From NCBI GenBank assembly GCA_964016885.1, contig OZ024761.1:1612001-1676000 (forward strand): a stretch of 64,000 bases of DNA. The letters run 5' to 3'. The notes under the pieces are model-generated. The model saw only the letters and a program-made list of their open reading frames with translations, was not told where the DNA came from and made no database searches. A program made the translations under genes and the position numbers. Of the stretch, positions 26,690 to 38,599 are shown in pieces; within the stretch, counting starts at the first letter, position 1, and the number at the start of each line of letters is the position of its first letter. This DNA is from Eledone cirrhosa. Lineage: Eukaryota.

Positions 26690-27740
26690 CAGCATTGAGA
26701 CCCATTATTAAGCACCCCAGAAACCTTCTATGAGATACAGCCTTGTGGGATGACACATATAACTACATAGATGTAAGCTCTAAATAACATTGAGGCTCCT
26801 ATCATTAAAATACCCAAGAAACCTTCTATAAGATATAACCTCATAGATCAGCTAAACATGTATAAGTGAGTCATAACAATTACATAATAGGACTTTAGCC
26901 CCTATCATTACAATACTTGAGTACTCCTGTGAGATCCAACCTCATAGGTCAGCTAAACATGTAGAGGTGTAAGCTGTAACTACTACATGGCAGAACCGTG
27001 ACCCCTATTATTAAAAGACCCAAGAAACCTGAGAGGTAATCCTACAGGAGGCTAGCCAAACCTATATAGGTGTGAGCTGCTGAAGCTCCAATCATTAAAA
27101 CACCCAAGAAACCTTTTATAAGAAACAGCTTTGTGTGATGCCAGTTAAACCTTGCATAAGTGGAAACTGTAACAGCATTGAAGCCTCTATAATTAAAACT
27201 CCCAAGAAACCCTCTATGAGATGTAACATGATAGGACTGGAGCCCTCATCATTAAAACACAAGAAATCTATGAGATTCAACCCCATAGGAGACCAACTAA
27301 ACCTACATAGGCGTGAGCTGTAACAACATGATAGTACTGGGAGCCCTATCATTAAAATACTCAAGAAACCTCCTGTGAGATACAACCTTGTATCTCACAG
27401 GAGGTTCCTTGTGGAATACCAGCTAAACCTACACAGGAGTGAGCTGTAACATTGGTGACCCTATTATGAAAGCACCTGAGAAACCTTCTGAGATGCAACC
27501 ACATAGGAGGCCAGCTAAACCTACATAGGGGTGAGTTGTAACAACATGGGGTCTCCATCATTAAGGCACCTGAGAAAGCTTCTGAGATGCAACCACATTG
27601 GAGGCCAGCTAAACCTACATAGGTGTGAGCTGTAACAACAGTGGAGCCCCTATCATGAAACCACCCAAGAAACCTTCTATAAGATGCAACCTCGTAGGAG
27701 ACCAGCTAAACCTACACAGAGGAGAGCTGTAAGAACATCA
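26690..27740. repeat. Old degenerate minisatellite of about 90-100 bp, roughly 11 copies
   Basis: Recurrent cccctatcattaaaacacccaagaaacct...ccagctaaacctacataggtgtgagctgtaac. Confidence 0.8.
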
Positions 27741-27744
27741 TTGA

Positions 27745-27946
27745 CCCTTTAGCATTTACATTATTCTATAATAACTATTGTATTTTCACAGTAAAGGCTT
27801 CACCTCACATATCAAATCTATGATATTTTGATATTATTTATTTTGAGAACACCTTAACATCAGTATAAGAGGCCAGTTACAGCCGGTTATAACAGAAAGA
27901 GGTGAGAGAATTCTGGCTGGACATGGTCAGTTTAAATGCTAAAGGG
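27745..27946 (+). mobile_element. Complete about 200-bp piggyBac-like MITE
   Basis: TIR ccctttagcattta / taaatgctaaaggg, flanked by ttga / ttaa. Confidence 0.85.
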
Positions 27947-29107
27947 TTAAACTATTCATAGGAGTAAATATCATTAGAAATAATAATAGTGACAATAAAA
28001 TGACTTTCGTTTTCCTGATTTTTTGTAATTTAATTAATTAGAAAGATTTAAGAGAGTGATTACTTAATTAAGTGAAAACATATTGGTGAGAGATAACAAG
28101 CAATTCTTAATTACGGTAGATGACCATTAACAGGAATGAAACGGTTTATAGGAATATCAATTTTTTTTTCTTGTTTAATAACAAAGGGAGGTAATTAAGG
28201 GTTGTTTTATTATTATTGTAGTAGTGTTATAAATTAATCTTTATAGAGTATATAAAATATTATTGGTTATACAATTGATCTTTTAAACTTGTATGGAGGG
28301 AGTTAAACACATTTTTTAAATTATTATATTATAACTAGATAGTTTTTATATAGCTAGTATATGTATATATAATATAAGGTATACATATATGTATACCAAC
28401 TTCCTGTGTAAACTCATAAAATTAAGCAACCTAACGGTTTACCAACAACTTAATAACAGTTAATACAAATTCTAGAAAAGATAATTTGTAGATAAAAAAT
28501 GCATCAGATAATATACCTACAATAACAACATGGCCAGTAATTCGGTGGAATCTACATTTAACAAACAAACACCTATTGACTATAAACGACTCAAAATAAT
28601 CCCATGGTTAATAGCTGTGAGATACAAACAACATATACACATGCATACGAACTACAACACAAAAACACTTGAATGAAAATCACCTATCCAACTCTAGCAC
28701 GTGTTTTGCATTACACCTCACATAACAAATACCTACATTATCACCACATGCCTCTCTAACAAATTGCACGCCATCTTAAACATGTCTAACAATTATAACA
28801 TGCTTTAACACCCCACACAAAATATGTTTATTTCAACTGCATTATAACTCTTTCCTCATACATGCCTTATTGACTGTATTGACGCCCGAATTGTACATCA
28901 ATTTTCCTTGCTTGTAACTTTTTTGCCTGTACTTTTTGTTTATACCTCTTACACTTTCAACCAGTGCTGCCTGTAATTGTGTTCTCTCAAGCATAACATC
29001 CTTTTAACTCCTGACTCTCCACATGATGCCTATGACACTACAAACAATTATGTACCCTAAATGTTCTGAATGACTAGAATTTTAGCCACATGCTTCGACA
29101 TTCCCTC

Positions 29108-29154
29108 TGCTCCGATGATTCCAGACTTCCCTCTGGAAGAAACAATTGTCAGCA
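29108..29154 (+). ncRNA. Compact type I hammerhead with CCGAUGA core, in a decayed Penelope-like 3' end
   Basis: tgct-CCGATGA-ttccag-acttccct-ctggaa-GAAAC-AATT-GTC-agca. Confidence 0.7.
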
Positions 29155-29164
29155 AATAAATGTT

Positions 29165-31142
29165 TATAACAAAATACTGGTGTGTATGAATATAGCAAGA
29201 CACTAGGTTGTGTGTATAAAGTTAATTAACAAGTTGAATGTAGAATAGAATTGTTGACATGTCCATGGGTAGATGAAAGAATGAAGTAAAGTTTTTTGTT
29301 ACCGTTTTGAAGTTAGCTCGCTCGCAAGAGACCATGTTAGGGTTGCCAGGCGAACGCGCCTGGCCGAAGGGCCAGGCAGTAAAAGAGAGTGAGATCGCCC
29401 TGACCCATCCCTTTTATATGGGCCCAGGACGGAAGTGACAAAAAGGGTTCTGCCACCATAACGGGAAGTAACTCCAGCTACTTACTGTCTAGAGAGCGGT
29501 GATGTGATTGTCATAACAAGGGAGGCAACTCTTGCTACATTATCCCCCGCCAGATTTTTAAAATATAAAAATCGAATGAACCATGTATGGAGTAAGATGG
29601 CGAGCATGTAACACCAAAGTCCAGGCATGAAAATTACGAAAAAAATAATGTTTGCAATAAAAGAAAAATATCAAGGTAGCCAACCGCTCTTGGCCAGAGA
29701 ACGACTGGACATCTATCTATCCATCACCCAAAGATACAATGTAATAAAACTAAAAGAAGAGGTCAAAGTTCAAATGTTCAAAATACAATTCACCGGTGTG
29801 CAATCACATGACAGCAGGAAAGAAAGTGTGTCCTCCAGAGAATGTATGCAGGTGGTCTCTAGACTGTGGTACTACGTGAAATTCGGTGGGATTTTCTCAC
29901 AGGAAGAGTGCTGCAAAAATAAATTCTCTGGCTTGTTCTGCTGGTTTTGGTAGTTCATGAAGCTGTGTTGTTGTTGTCTCGCGGAGTGAGTGCATTCGAT
30001 GTTCTTTAAATTCACAGTACAAAGTTTCCCAGAAAAAAATGAGTTGCGCAAAGTGCTAGAAATAACAGCCAAAGTTGATGGTCGATGTTGAGAATGCGTT
30101 GACCTGGAAGGGTCAAGAGGCCATCGACCAAAGAAATAAGCATTCTGAATAAATGCGCAGTTTTCAACGGCAAATTTACGTGGTCAATTTTTAAACCGGC
30201 AAATAGGAGAATATAGTTTAAGGCTGGAGAATCCTTGGCAAGAAACATTATCTATAGTGTGTGTTATCTCAGTGAGTCGAGATGTGTGCTCCCCACACGT
30301 GCTGAAACAAGGTTAAAGTCAAGTTGAAAAAAAAAATATTTCTATTGCGCGAGAATGATAGTGCAACAGGTCGTTGGCAGCCATTTTGAAAAATTTGTGT
30401 GTGAACATGATAATATGATGAAAAAGAAAGAAAGGCTTAACTTGGTATAACAAATATGGCGAGTTCAATTTTTTTGTGAACGATGAAAAAAGCTTGGTGG
30501 AAAGAATAAGCAATAGTTGAGATTCAGCAAAAATAAATGTTCATGTTGAAATGTGTAAAAAAAATCAAATTTCTTTTTTTTTTTTTAAAGTGTTCGTTGT
30601 AAGAAGAAACGAAAAACATATATATACATCCAGTGAAATGCGACACATAGTTGATGTACGACACGTGCGTGAAAGGAAACATTTTCTTTTTTCCATACTC
30701 ACACAACACCAGAACCTGTTATTTTTTTTTTTTTTTTCGGGGTCTCCACTTATAACAAAATACTGGTGTGTATGAATATAGCAAGACACTAGGTTGTGTG
30801 TATAAAGTTTAATTAACAAGTTGAAGTTATGTAGAATAGAATAGTTGACATGTCCATGGGTAGATGAAAGAATGAAGTAAAGTTATTTGTTACCGTTTTG
30901 AAGTTAGCTCGCAAGAGACCATGTTAGGGTTGCCAGGCGAACGCGCTTGGCCGAAGACGCCTGGCCGAAGGGCCAGGCAGGTAGAAGAGAGTGAGATCGC
31001 CCTGACATATCCCAATTTATAGAGTCCCAGGACGGAAGTGACAAAAAGGGTTCTGCCACCCCAACGGGAAGTAACTCCACCTACTTCCTGTCTAGAGAGC
31101 GGTGATGTGATTGTCATAACAAGGGAGGCAACTCTTGCTACA
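29165..31142 (-). mobile_element. Non-autonomous Gypsy-type LTR element (about 2 kb)
   Basis: LTRs at 29165-29539 and 30751-31142 (TGTAGC...GTTATA on minus). TSD TGTT at 29161-64 and 31143-46. PBS tggagaccccga at 30737-48 (tRNA-Trp-like). PPT ggcggggga at about 29543-51. Confidence 0.88.
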
Positions 31143-31309
31143 TGTTCTAAACTAAAATTTGATCGTTTTAACACTTTGTATCTCGGCTCTGTAAAACACT
31201 TGAAAATTTGCATTGAGCCTCTTGTCATACCAGTAACTGGCTAGTACTTAGTACTACCCTACATATTTATAGTTGTATTAAACATATATAGATATAAATA
31301 TCCTTATTA

Positions 31310-31379
<70 letters not shown>

Positions 31380-31459
31380 AATAAAGATTCAGCGAGAATC
31401 GCATTTCGGCGGGTAGGAAAAGCGAAGCGAAACGCAAAAATCATAAATATATATATATA

Positions 31460-32303
31460 TTAAAGAGTTAAACGAGATTCAATGAGTTTTACAGTAGATT
31501 GGAAGCACTTGTTCAATAACATGCCGGAACATTGATATACATAACATAATATTATAATTATTAACTTTGATCCATACCATTATTTCTTTATTTCTCTATT
31601 TTTATCTTCCTATCTAAGGTTTAAATTTTAGTTTAATATCCAACCCATACATTTTTATGGAACTTATTTCTAACTGTGAATTTTTCATGTGTTTTTGATT
31701 ATTATTTATTCCGAACTATGAATAATTAATGCATTTACACCCCGTTATATATAGGTATATATTTAACTTTAGCATGCCTCAATCTATTATATTTCTTTCG
31801 TTATCATTTACCTAAAATATACTGGCTCATTAATAAATATTTATATACATAATCGTTAATTAAATATTTCTAACAATAAGTACTTCATAAGATTTACATA
31901 CCATATATGTTGACAATTGATTATCTTCGGTAAACTTTATATTTAGGAAAATATTCAACAGTGTAAACTTTCCTTGCTTTTCTTATGTATATATATTTAA
32001 CTATAACACGTTTCGAACCTTATTATATAAAATTATAACCGTTATCATTTACCTAAAGTATACTGTATCAATAATACCTAATTTATATCAATAATACCTA
32101 ATTTATATGCATATAAACCTCCATGTATCATTCTATACATAATTTTTAGTTCAATTTATTGATTATCATTTATTTTTAACTATGAATAATCAATGCATTT
32201 ACACCCTTTTTATATATACGTATATATTTAACTTTAGCATGCCTAAATATATTATTTTATTTTTATTTTCGTTATCATTTACCTAAAATATACAGGCTCA
32301 TTA

Positions 32304-32334
<31 letters not shown>

Positions 32335-33027
32335 ATAGTTATTTAAATATTTCTAACAATAAATACTTCATAAGATTTACATACCATATATGTTGACAAT
32401 GAATATTTCCGGTAAAGCTTACATTTAGAAAAATATTCGACAGTGTAAACTTTTTTTTCCGCTGGCCAGCTAAATCCTTTAAAAGTTATCCTCATAAAAT
32501 TCCGAAGTTTAGAAATGTTAAAACACTTATTGAATTTACAAAACTAATAAATAACCTGCAATTTAAAAAAAAACAAAAAAACCTAAAACCTTGATTCTTC
32601 ACCCTAAAATAGCATAAATTAAATATTTTCAAACTTAACCGTTTAACTTTCTGAAAATCTCCTTCTACATATATTATCACTTATCTTCCCTCTCTCTATA
32701 TATACTATCTCAGTGGCTCTCATTGACCGCTTTCCCTGATAAATTGTAGTATCACACATTTTAAAATCTCTATAACTGTTACATTAAGCAATGTTTTTCT
32801 TACTCACACATTCTCTATTGAATTTATTACGTTTTCGCATTTTCTCATTATTAGGGTATAAATGCTAAACTTTCTCTTAGGTTAATCACTACCTTGATTA
32901 AATCTTAACCATTTAACATCTCAGGGTATGTCATGTATCATTATATTTTGTCTAATGAGGACGTATCTGAAATATGTATAATAAAATGTAATAGATAAAA
33001 AGAACATCTATTTTATTAATATTTGTA

Positions 33028-33035
<8 letters not shown>
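31460..33035 (+). mobile_element. Non-coding 3' UTR copy of the Penelope family at 38600-43812
   Basis: An inverted tail tip (ttttacagtagattggaagcact) is joined to a forward 3' UTR. A degenerate hammerhead lies at about 32945-32990. Confidence 0.75.
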
Positions 33036-33107
<72 letters not shown>

Positions 33108-33323
33108 AAAAGGAGAAATAGGACGAAGGTAAACAGTTACAAAAGGATTTAATCCACGTATTAACAATTGTTTCATCATTAATACCTACCACGACCTTAT
33201 ACGGAAGGAATTACATAAAAAATATAAGAAAACCAATAACCAAGCACTACTTAACATCAACAAACAAGCACACCATATCGTCAAAAGTCTAGAACTTGAA
33301 GATAGAACTGAGCCCATGACAAC

Positions 33324-35088
33324 TTGCACCCCACCTTCAATCTTAAAGACCACAAATTAGATTTCCTAGATAAACCCACAATTAGATTAATATGCCCTTC
33401 TAAGTCAGACATAGGTAAAATTAGCAAGTATATTTTAGATAGAATAATAATACAATTAAGGAATAAACTAGTTATTAAACTTTGGGACAATACTAGCGAC
33501 ACAATTAAATGGTTTAATAGTATAGATAATAAAAATACCTCTAACTTTATACAATTCGACATTAATGGCTATTACTCCTCCATATCACCCGATACTCTAA
33601 ACAAGGCACTAGCATTTGCGAAAGCCAACTCTGACTTAACCGACGACGAAATAAACATTATCCTAGCAGCTAGAAAGAAATTTTGAAAATAACTTTTGGG
33701 TACGTAAGGATAGAATAGATAACTTTGACATAACTATGGGTGCTAATGACTCAGCACAAGTTACGGATATTGTTGGTATATACATAGCCCACACCTTACA
33801 TAATAAATTTAGTTACCTTCAAGGCGGAATATATAGAGATAACGCTCTCCTATTAGTTAAAAACATGAATAAACAAAACATAGAGCGAACCCGTAAGAGC
33901 ATTAGAAGAACCCTAGATAGCCTTAGCCTTAAAATCACCTACGAATATAGTACCAAAGTAGTTAACTTCCTAGATGCCACCTTCAACCTCAACACCCAAA
34001 TTATCACACCCTTTCACAAAAACAATGAGAACCTCACCTACATCCACACTAGCTCTAACCACCCACTATCTATTATAAGCTCCGTGCCACATAGTATATC
34101 ACTTAGAATATCCCGCCTCTCACCTAACCAACAAATATTTGATCAACACGCTGAATATTACAAACTAGAATACATAGACCGACACAACCATAAAACACAT
34201 AACCATAGACACGCCAAACGCCCCACAAACACCCGCACACACGCACCTAGACCCCCTAATACTAACCACACCACAAATACAACAGCAACATCAAAGCAAA
34301 ACAGAACACGGAGTAGATCTTACATTTGGTATAATCCTATTTTTAACTCTTCTATTAGCTCTAACTTACCTTCCACATTCTACAAAATTATAAAAAAACA
34401 CTTTCCAAATTCACATAAATATAGTAGTATACTTAATACCAAAACAATTAGACTATCTTATTCCACTGCACCAAACCTAGACGCACACATTAAGATGCTC
34501 AACGCCAAAAAACTCCGTAACAACAACACCCCAATCACTCAACACAATAATACACCTAATACACAACCACCCACTAACAAACAGTATGCACAAAACACAC
34601 TCACACACACATCCCAGCCCACCTATAACTCCACCACTGCCCATAACAGAAATTGTAATTGCCACCTTCCAGAGACTTGTCCATTGAATAACGAATGTTT
34701 GCATTCAAACCTAGTGTACAGGTGCTCGGTTGAGTCGGACAACCAAACCTGGCACTACATAGGCAGCACTGCAAACACCTTCAAAACTCGTTGGTACACG
34801 CATCGTTACGCAATAAAGCACCCCCAACACCGTTACGTAACGACTCTCGCCGACAAAATTTTGCATTTAAAAGGGAGTAACCGACAATACACCCTTAAAT
34901 GGACCAAACTCTCACATGCTCCTCCATACCGGAGTGGGATGAAAACGTGCCCGTTGTGTAATAATGAGCTCTTCCATATCCTAAGCTCAGGCCACCAACT
35001 ACTCAACAACAAAATTGAAAGGTCAATATTTTGCCAGCATAAACTAAAAGCGAAGTTCTCACACTTCAAACCTTCAACTAAATCTTAA
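33324..35088 (+). pseudogene. Penelope-like RT + GIY-YIG, frameshifted at about 33686, with catalytic YRDD changed to YRDN
   Basis: LKDHK..RLICPSKSDIG, FIQFDI..YYSSI, MGANDSAQVTD, CNC..CPL..CL and LVYRC..YIGST..FKTR. Confidence 0.9.
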
Positions 35089-35473
35089 CACTACCTCTCT
35101 TCCTTTTCTAGCCTAAATAACAATTCTACACTCCTAAAAATAGACTATATATGAAATTTAATACTTTCTTCCTTCATCTATTCTCTGGTAAAACTTTCGC
35201 CTGTCCACTACCAACTGCCACTTAAAATTCTATCTTCCTTCTCTCTCCCACTACTCATCACAACTTTTAGCACACAACCCTCCTCCCCCTCCCTTCTTGT
35301 AACTTAACTATATTCTATACAAATCCTCTCACACCACCCTATCTCTTTCTCTTTCTCTACCTACCTCTGTCCCTTTTCTCTCTCTCTCTCCCTCTCTTTT
35401 GCCCTTCTCTCTCTCTGTTCCTCTATCTTACTCTACTACCCCTTATTTCATTTCCTAAGGTCATTTCAACTTT

Positions 35474-35574
35474 GTATTTTGAAAATTCGGATGCCACAGT
35501 ATCTTTCTTGATTGCCTATTATTACATAGTGTAGCAATAATGGACTGAAATTCTGATGAAACAATTGTTAATAC
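35474..35574 (+). ncRNA. Type I hammerhead, U3-A8 core variant, long stem II
   Basis: gtatt-TTGAAAA-t-tcgga...tctga-t-GAAAC-AATT-GTT-aatac. Confidence 0.6.
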
Positions 35575-35763
35575 GTGGATTAAATCCTTTTGTAACTGTT
35601 TACCTTCGTCCTATTTCTCTTTTTTGATTACACTCCTCGTTTGTTCGTGTTTCCACTACAGAATTCCTACCAACCTGTCGAGTCACCTTAACGTATGTTG
35701 ATAACTTTCCTCACAACTTGTTCTACCAAGTTTTGGAATATTCCTATTTACTGAATATATATA

Positions 35764-36281
35764 TATATACATAATAAAGCTGACGGCCGTATGTATGTAA
35801 CAAACTTTTCGCCAAACGGCTGGACCAAAAGATACCAAATTTGCACCATAGATGTAACTTTTTCCAAGTAAGAAAGTGAAGGTATTTTTGTCTTCTAAAT
35901 TTCGTTAAAAGATTAAAGATATTATATCGTTTATTTAAATATTCACTTATTTAAAATGTTCAAATCTCAAAACTTCCGGTTATACGACATTCCCCTCTCT
36001 TTCTTAGTCTGTCTTTTTAGATAGATACATAGCTATAACGTCGCGCCCTTATAATATGTGTCTGTATGTATGGCTGTCTGCATTAGATACATAGCTATAA
36101 CGACGCACGCTTATAATAGCTGTCTGTCTTCACGAACCAAAGTATCGTCTTCCCGTTTTCCTTCGGTTGCAACGTTTTTCAAAATATTTACTTCTGCGTT
36201 CACAAATTGATATTTTTTAGTTTCAGAAGATCCCGTTAAGGGTGAAAGCAGCGATTCTTTGCTTAAACTTTAATCTGTTAT

Positions 36282-36336
<55 letters not shown>

Positions 36337-37017
36337 TATATATTCGTGTACAGATATTTTTGCATACACAAAAACAAAATATAAACAAACGTATTTATTT
36401 CACGAAAGCACAGACGGCTTATTGTCATTGTTACTGCCGATATGCCACCCAAAAAGTCCCAGCCTGGCCGCAAGATCAGATTTTCCAGAAGAAAAAATGT
36501 TACTAGATCAACAGAGAGACTAAGCTTCGCGATTACCATAACAAAGCTCAGAGTCAAACCCTAAAAGTGGCTCGCCTTCATCTGGGAAAACCATGCTTCT
36601 CCCATGGTCAATTGTATGTAGGATGCTCTAAGGTGAGCTCGCCAAACGATCTCTTCATCTTTGCTCCCGAGGGCCGAACAAAATATATTGTATGCTCTGA
36701 GGCTCTAGCAATGTAATTTATGTATTTTCTGTTACTTGGAATTTCCATTATGGTTGTACAAATTATTGTAAAGTTTGTTAAAAAATGTGTTCTCTGTTCA
36801 GCCTTTATTGTTGTAACTATCAATTTTCTTTAACGTACTGGCTGATGAACTGGGGATTCCTAAAAACTATTCAAACCCAACATCAGAGCACATTAACCCC
36901 CACTCTCGCTGACTTGTGAGGGCGTTCGGTATCTTTGCACTGGAGTGAAAGGGGGGAATCCTGAAAAGATAAAATGCCGGTATACCAAGCCGGGTGCCAG
37001 CCGGACGGACCAGCTAG
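35764..37017 (+). mobile_element. Non-autonomous Helitron (internal deletion)
   Basis: Pif1 C-terminus LSFAIT..NKAQSQTL..PCFSHGQLYVGCSKV at about 36515-36715. GC hairpin plus CTAG end at 37014-17. Termini match 62339-63663. Confidence 0.9.
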
Positions 37018-37277
37018 TATATATATACAGAGAGAGAGAGAGAGAGTACCCATGCTGGAGTGTAACTGTGCAACATATAATCAGTGTTGTCATGTGTTGA
37101 AGATTAATCAGAGGTTAGATTATGCTACAATGGAATCAATCTTACTGTATTTCTGTGAATTATTGTCAGTGACAGAACCTATCACCAAAGCTTTTCATGG
37201 TTGCTACACCTTCAACAATGAGTTTGTGAGTTCAAATCCTGGTGCATCTTGTTCTTGAGCATTATTTCACATTGCTC

Positions 37278-38078
37278 AGGGCAGTGGATTGGCAGTATCA
37301 GTAGTTACGTCCCTTTACGATCTGAGTTCAAATCCCGCCGAGGTTGACTTTGCCTTTCATCCTTACGGGGTCGATAAAATAAAGTACCAGTAATGCACTG
37401 GGTAATTGCTGGCCTTGTGCCTAAAGTAGAAACAATTAAAAACATCAACCCTCTTGAGTGTAGTAAAAACAAAATTCTCCATGCTACAAATCATGGCGTC
37501 CGACCCTCTACCAATACTTTTAATCCATTGCCATCGTATTTAAATAAGGATTTCTACTATAGGCACAAGGCCAGAAATTTTGGGCATGGGTAAAGTCGAT
37601 TAAATCGACTCCAGTGCATTACTGGTACTTTATTTTATCGACTCTGTAAGGATGAAAGGCAAAGCTAACCTTGGTGAGATTTGAACTCATATCGTAAAGG
37701 GATGTAACTCAATGTTGCAAAGCATGGCGATCGACCCTTTACCAATACTGTCAATCCACCGGTGTTGCATTTAAATAATAGTTTCTTATATAGGCAAAAG
37801 GCCAACAATTTTGAGGGAGGGGAAAGTCGATTAAATTTACCCTAGTGCATTACTGGTACTTTATTTTATTGACCCTGTAAGAATGAAAGCAAAGTTAACC
37901 TCAGCAGGATTTGAACTCAGATCGTAAAGGGACGTAACTTTATGCTGCCAAACATAGCGACTGACCCTCTACCAATACTGCCAATCCACCGGTGTTATAT
38001 TTGAATAATTGTTTCTACTTTTGGCACAAGGCCAGCAATTATTCCAGTGTATTACTGGTACTTTATTTTATTGACCCC
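37278..38078. mobile_element. Cluster of SINE-A copies (one +, three -)
   Basis: Repeated gagttcaaatcccgccgaggtt.actttgcctttcatcc..aaaataaagtaccag. Confidence 0.85.
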
Positions 38079-38138
38079 TGTGTGTCAATGTGTCGATATA
38101 TTGGTGTGTGTCGATGTGTGTATGTCAATGTGAGTACG

Positions 38139-38590
38139 TTTAAGCGTCAGTCATACAAAAGTGAGTTACAAACGAAACGAAATTTAATTTCGTTTCGTTA
38201 TTTGTTTTTATCGTCTCCGCTGAACCGGTGCGTACTCACACTCTATGCAAATTAGTCTGCCCACTACTAATTTTCATAGAAAAAGCATATAACGATATGT
38301 GCTTTTACAATTCTCCAGAAGGGCCGGTAGATAGGTAAATATTGCTGATGAGTTGTAACAACAACGAAACTAGTTCAATATTCCTTGTCTGGCTTTCTGG
38401 AGAATAGAGGGAAGGTGTTTCCTCGAAAACCAGTATGACTCTAAAAACCGGTTTGTCTGTGTGTTTACATACAGAATAGCTGGGTTGCTCACAGTAAAGC
38501 AACCAGTGAAAGACTTGTTACATCTACATATGTATACGTGTGTGTATTCATATGCACACTAGTATTTCAGTATGCATACGTAGATGTACA
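38139..38590 (+). mobile_element. Retrozyme-like family 1 monomer
   Basis: Reverse complement of 7270-7722, with octamer at 38245-52 and hammerhead at 38338-38382. Confidence 0.85.
38338..38382 (+). ncRNA. Canonical minimal type I hammerhead
   Basis: aatattg-CTGATGA-gttgt-aaca-acaac-GAAAC-TA-GTT-caatatt, enclosed by the stem ttctccagaag / tttctggagaa. Confidence 0.9.
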
Positions 38591-38599
38591 ATATATATA

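Larger units (their letters stand above)
33106..35755 (+). mobile_element. 5'-truncated Penelope-like element (Naiad-type) with inverted pseudo-LTR
   Basis: 33106-33178 is inverted at 35554-35626, followed by a 130-bp tail. The RT-EN reading frame is broken. Confidence 0.92.

Noticed and set aside
33324-35088. Selenocysteine recoding, reported for some Naiad elements
   Set aside because: The conserved Cys positions in the three ORFs are TGY codons. The stop at 33686 is a frameshift, not an in-frame TGA at a Cys site.
35553-35559. CTGATGA as the hammerhead core
   Set aside because: It overlaps the GAAA and leaves no room for stem II. The fold using TTGAAAA at 35479 gives complete stems.
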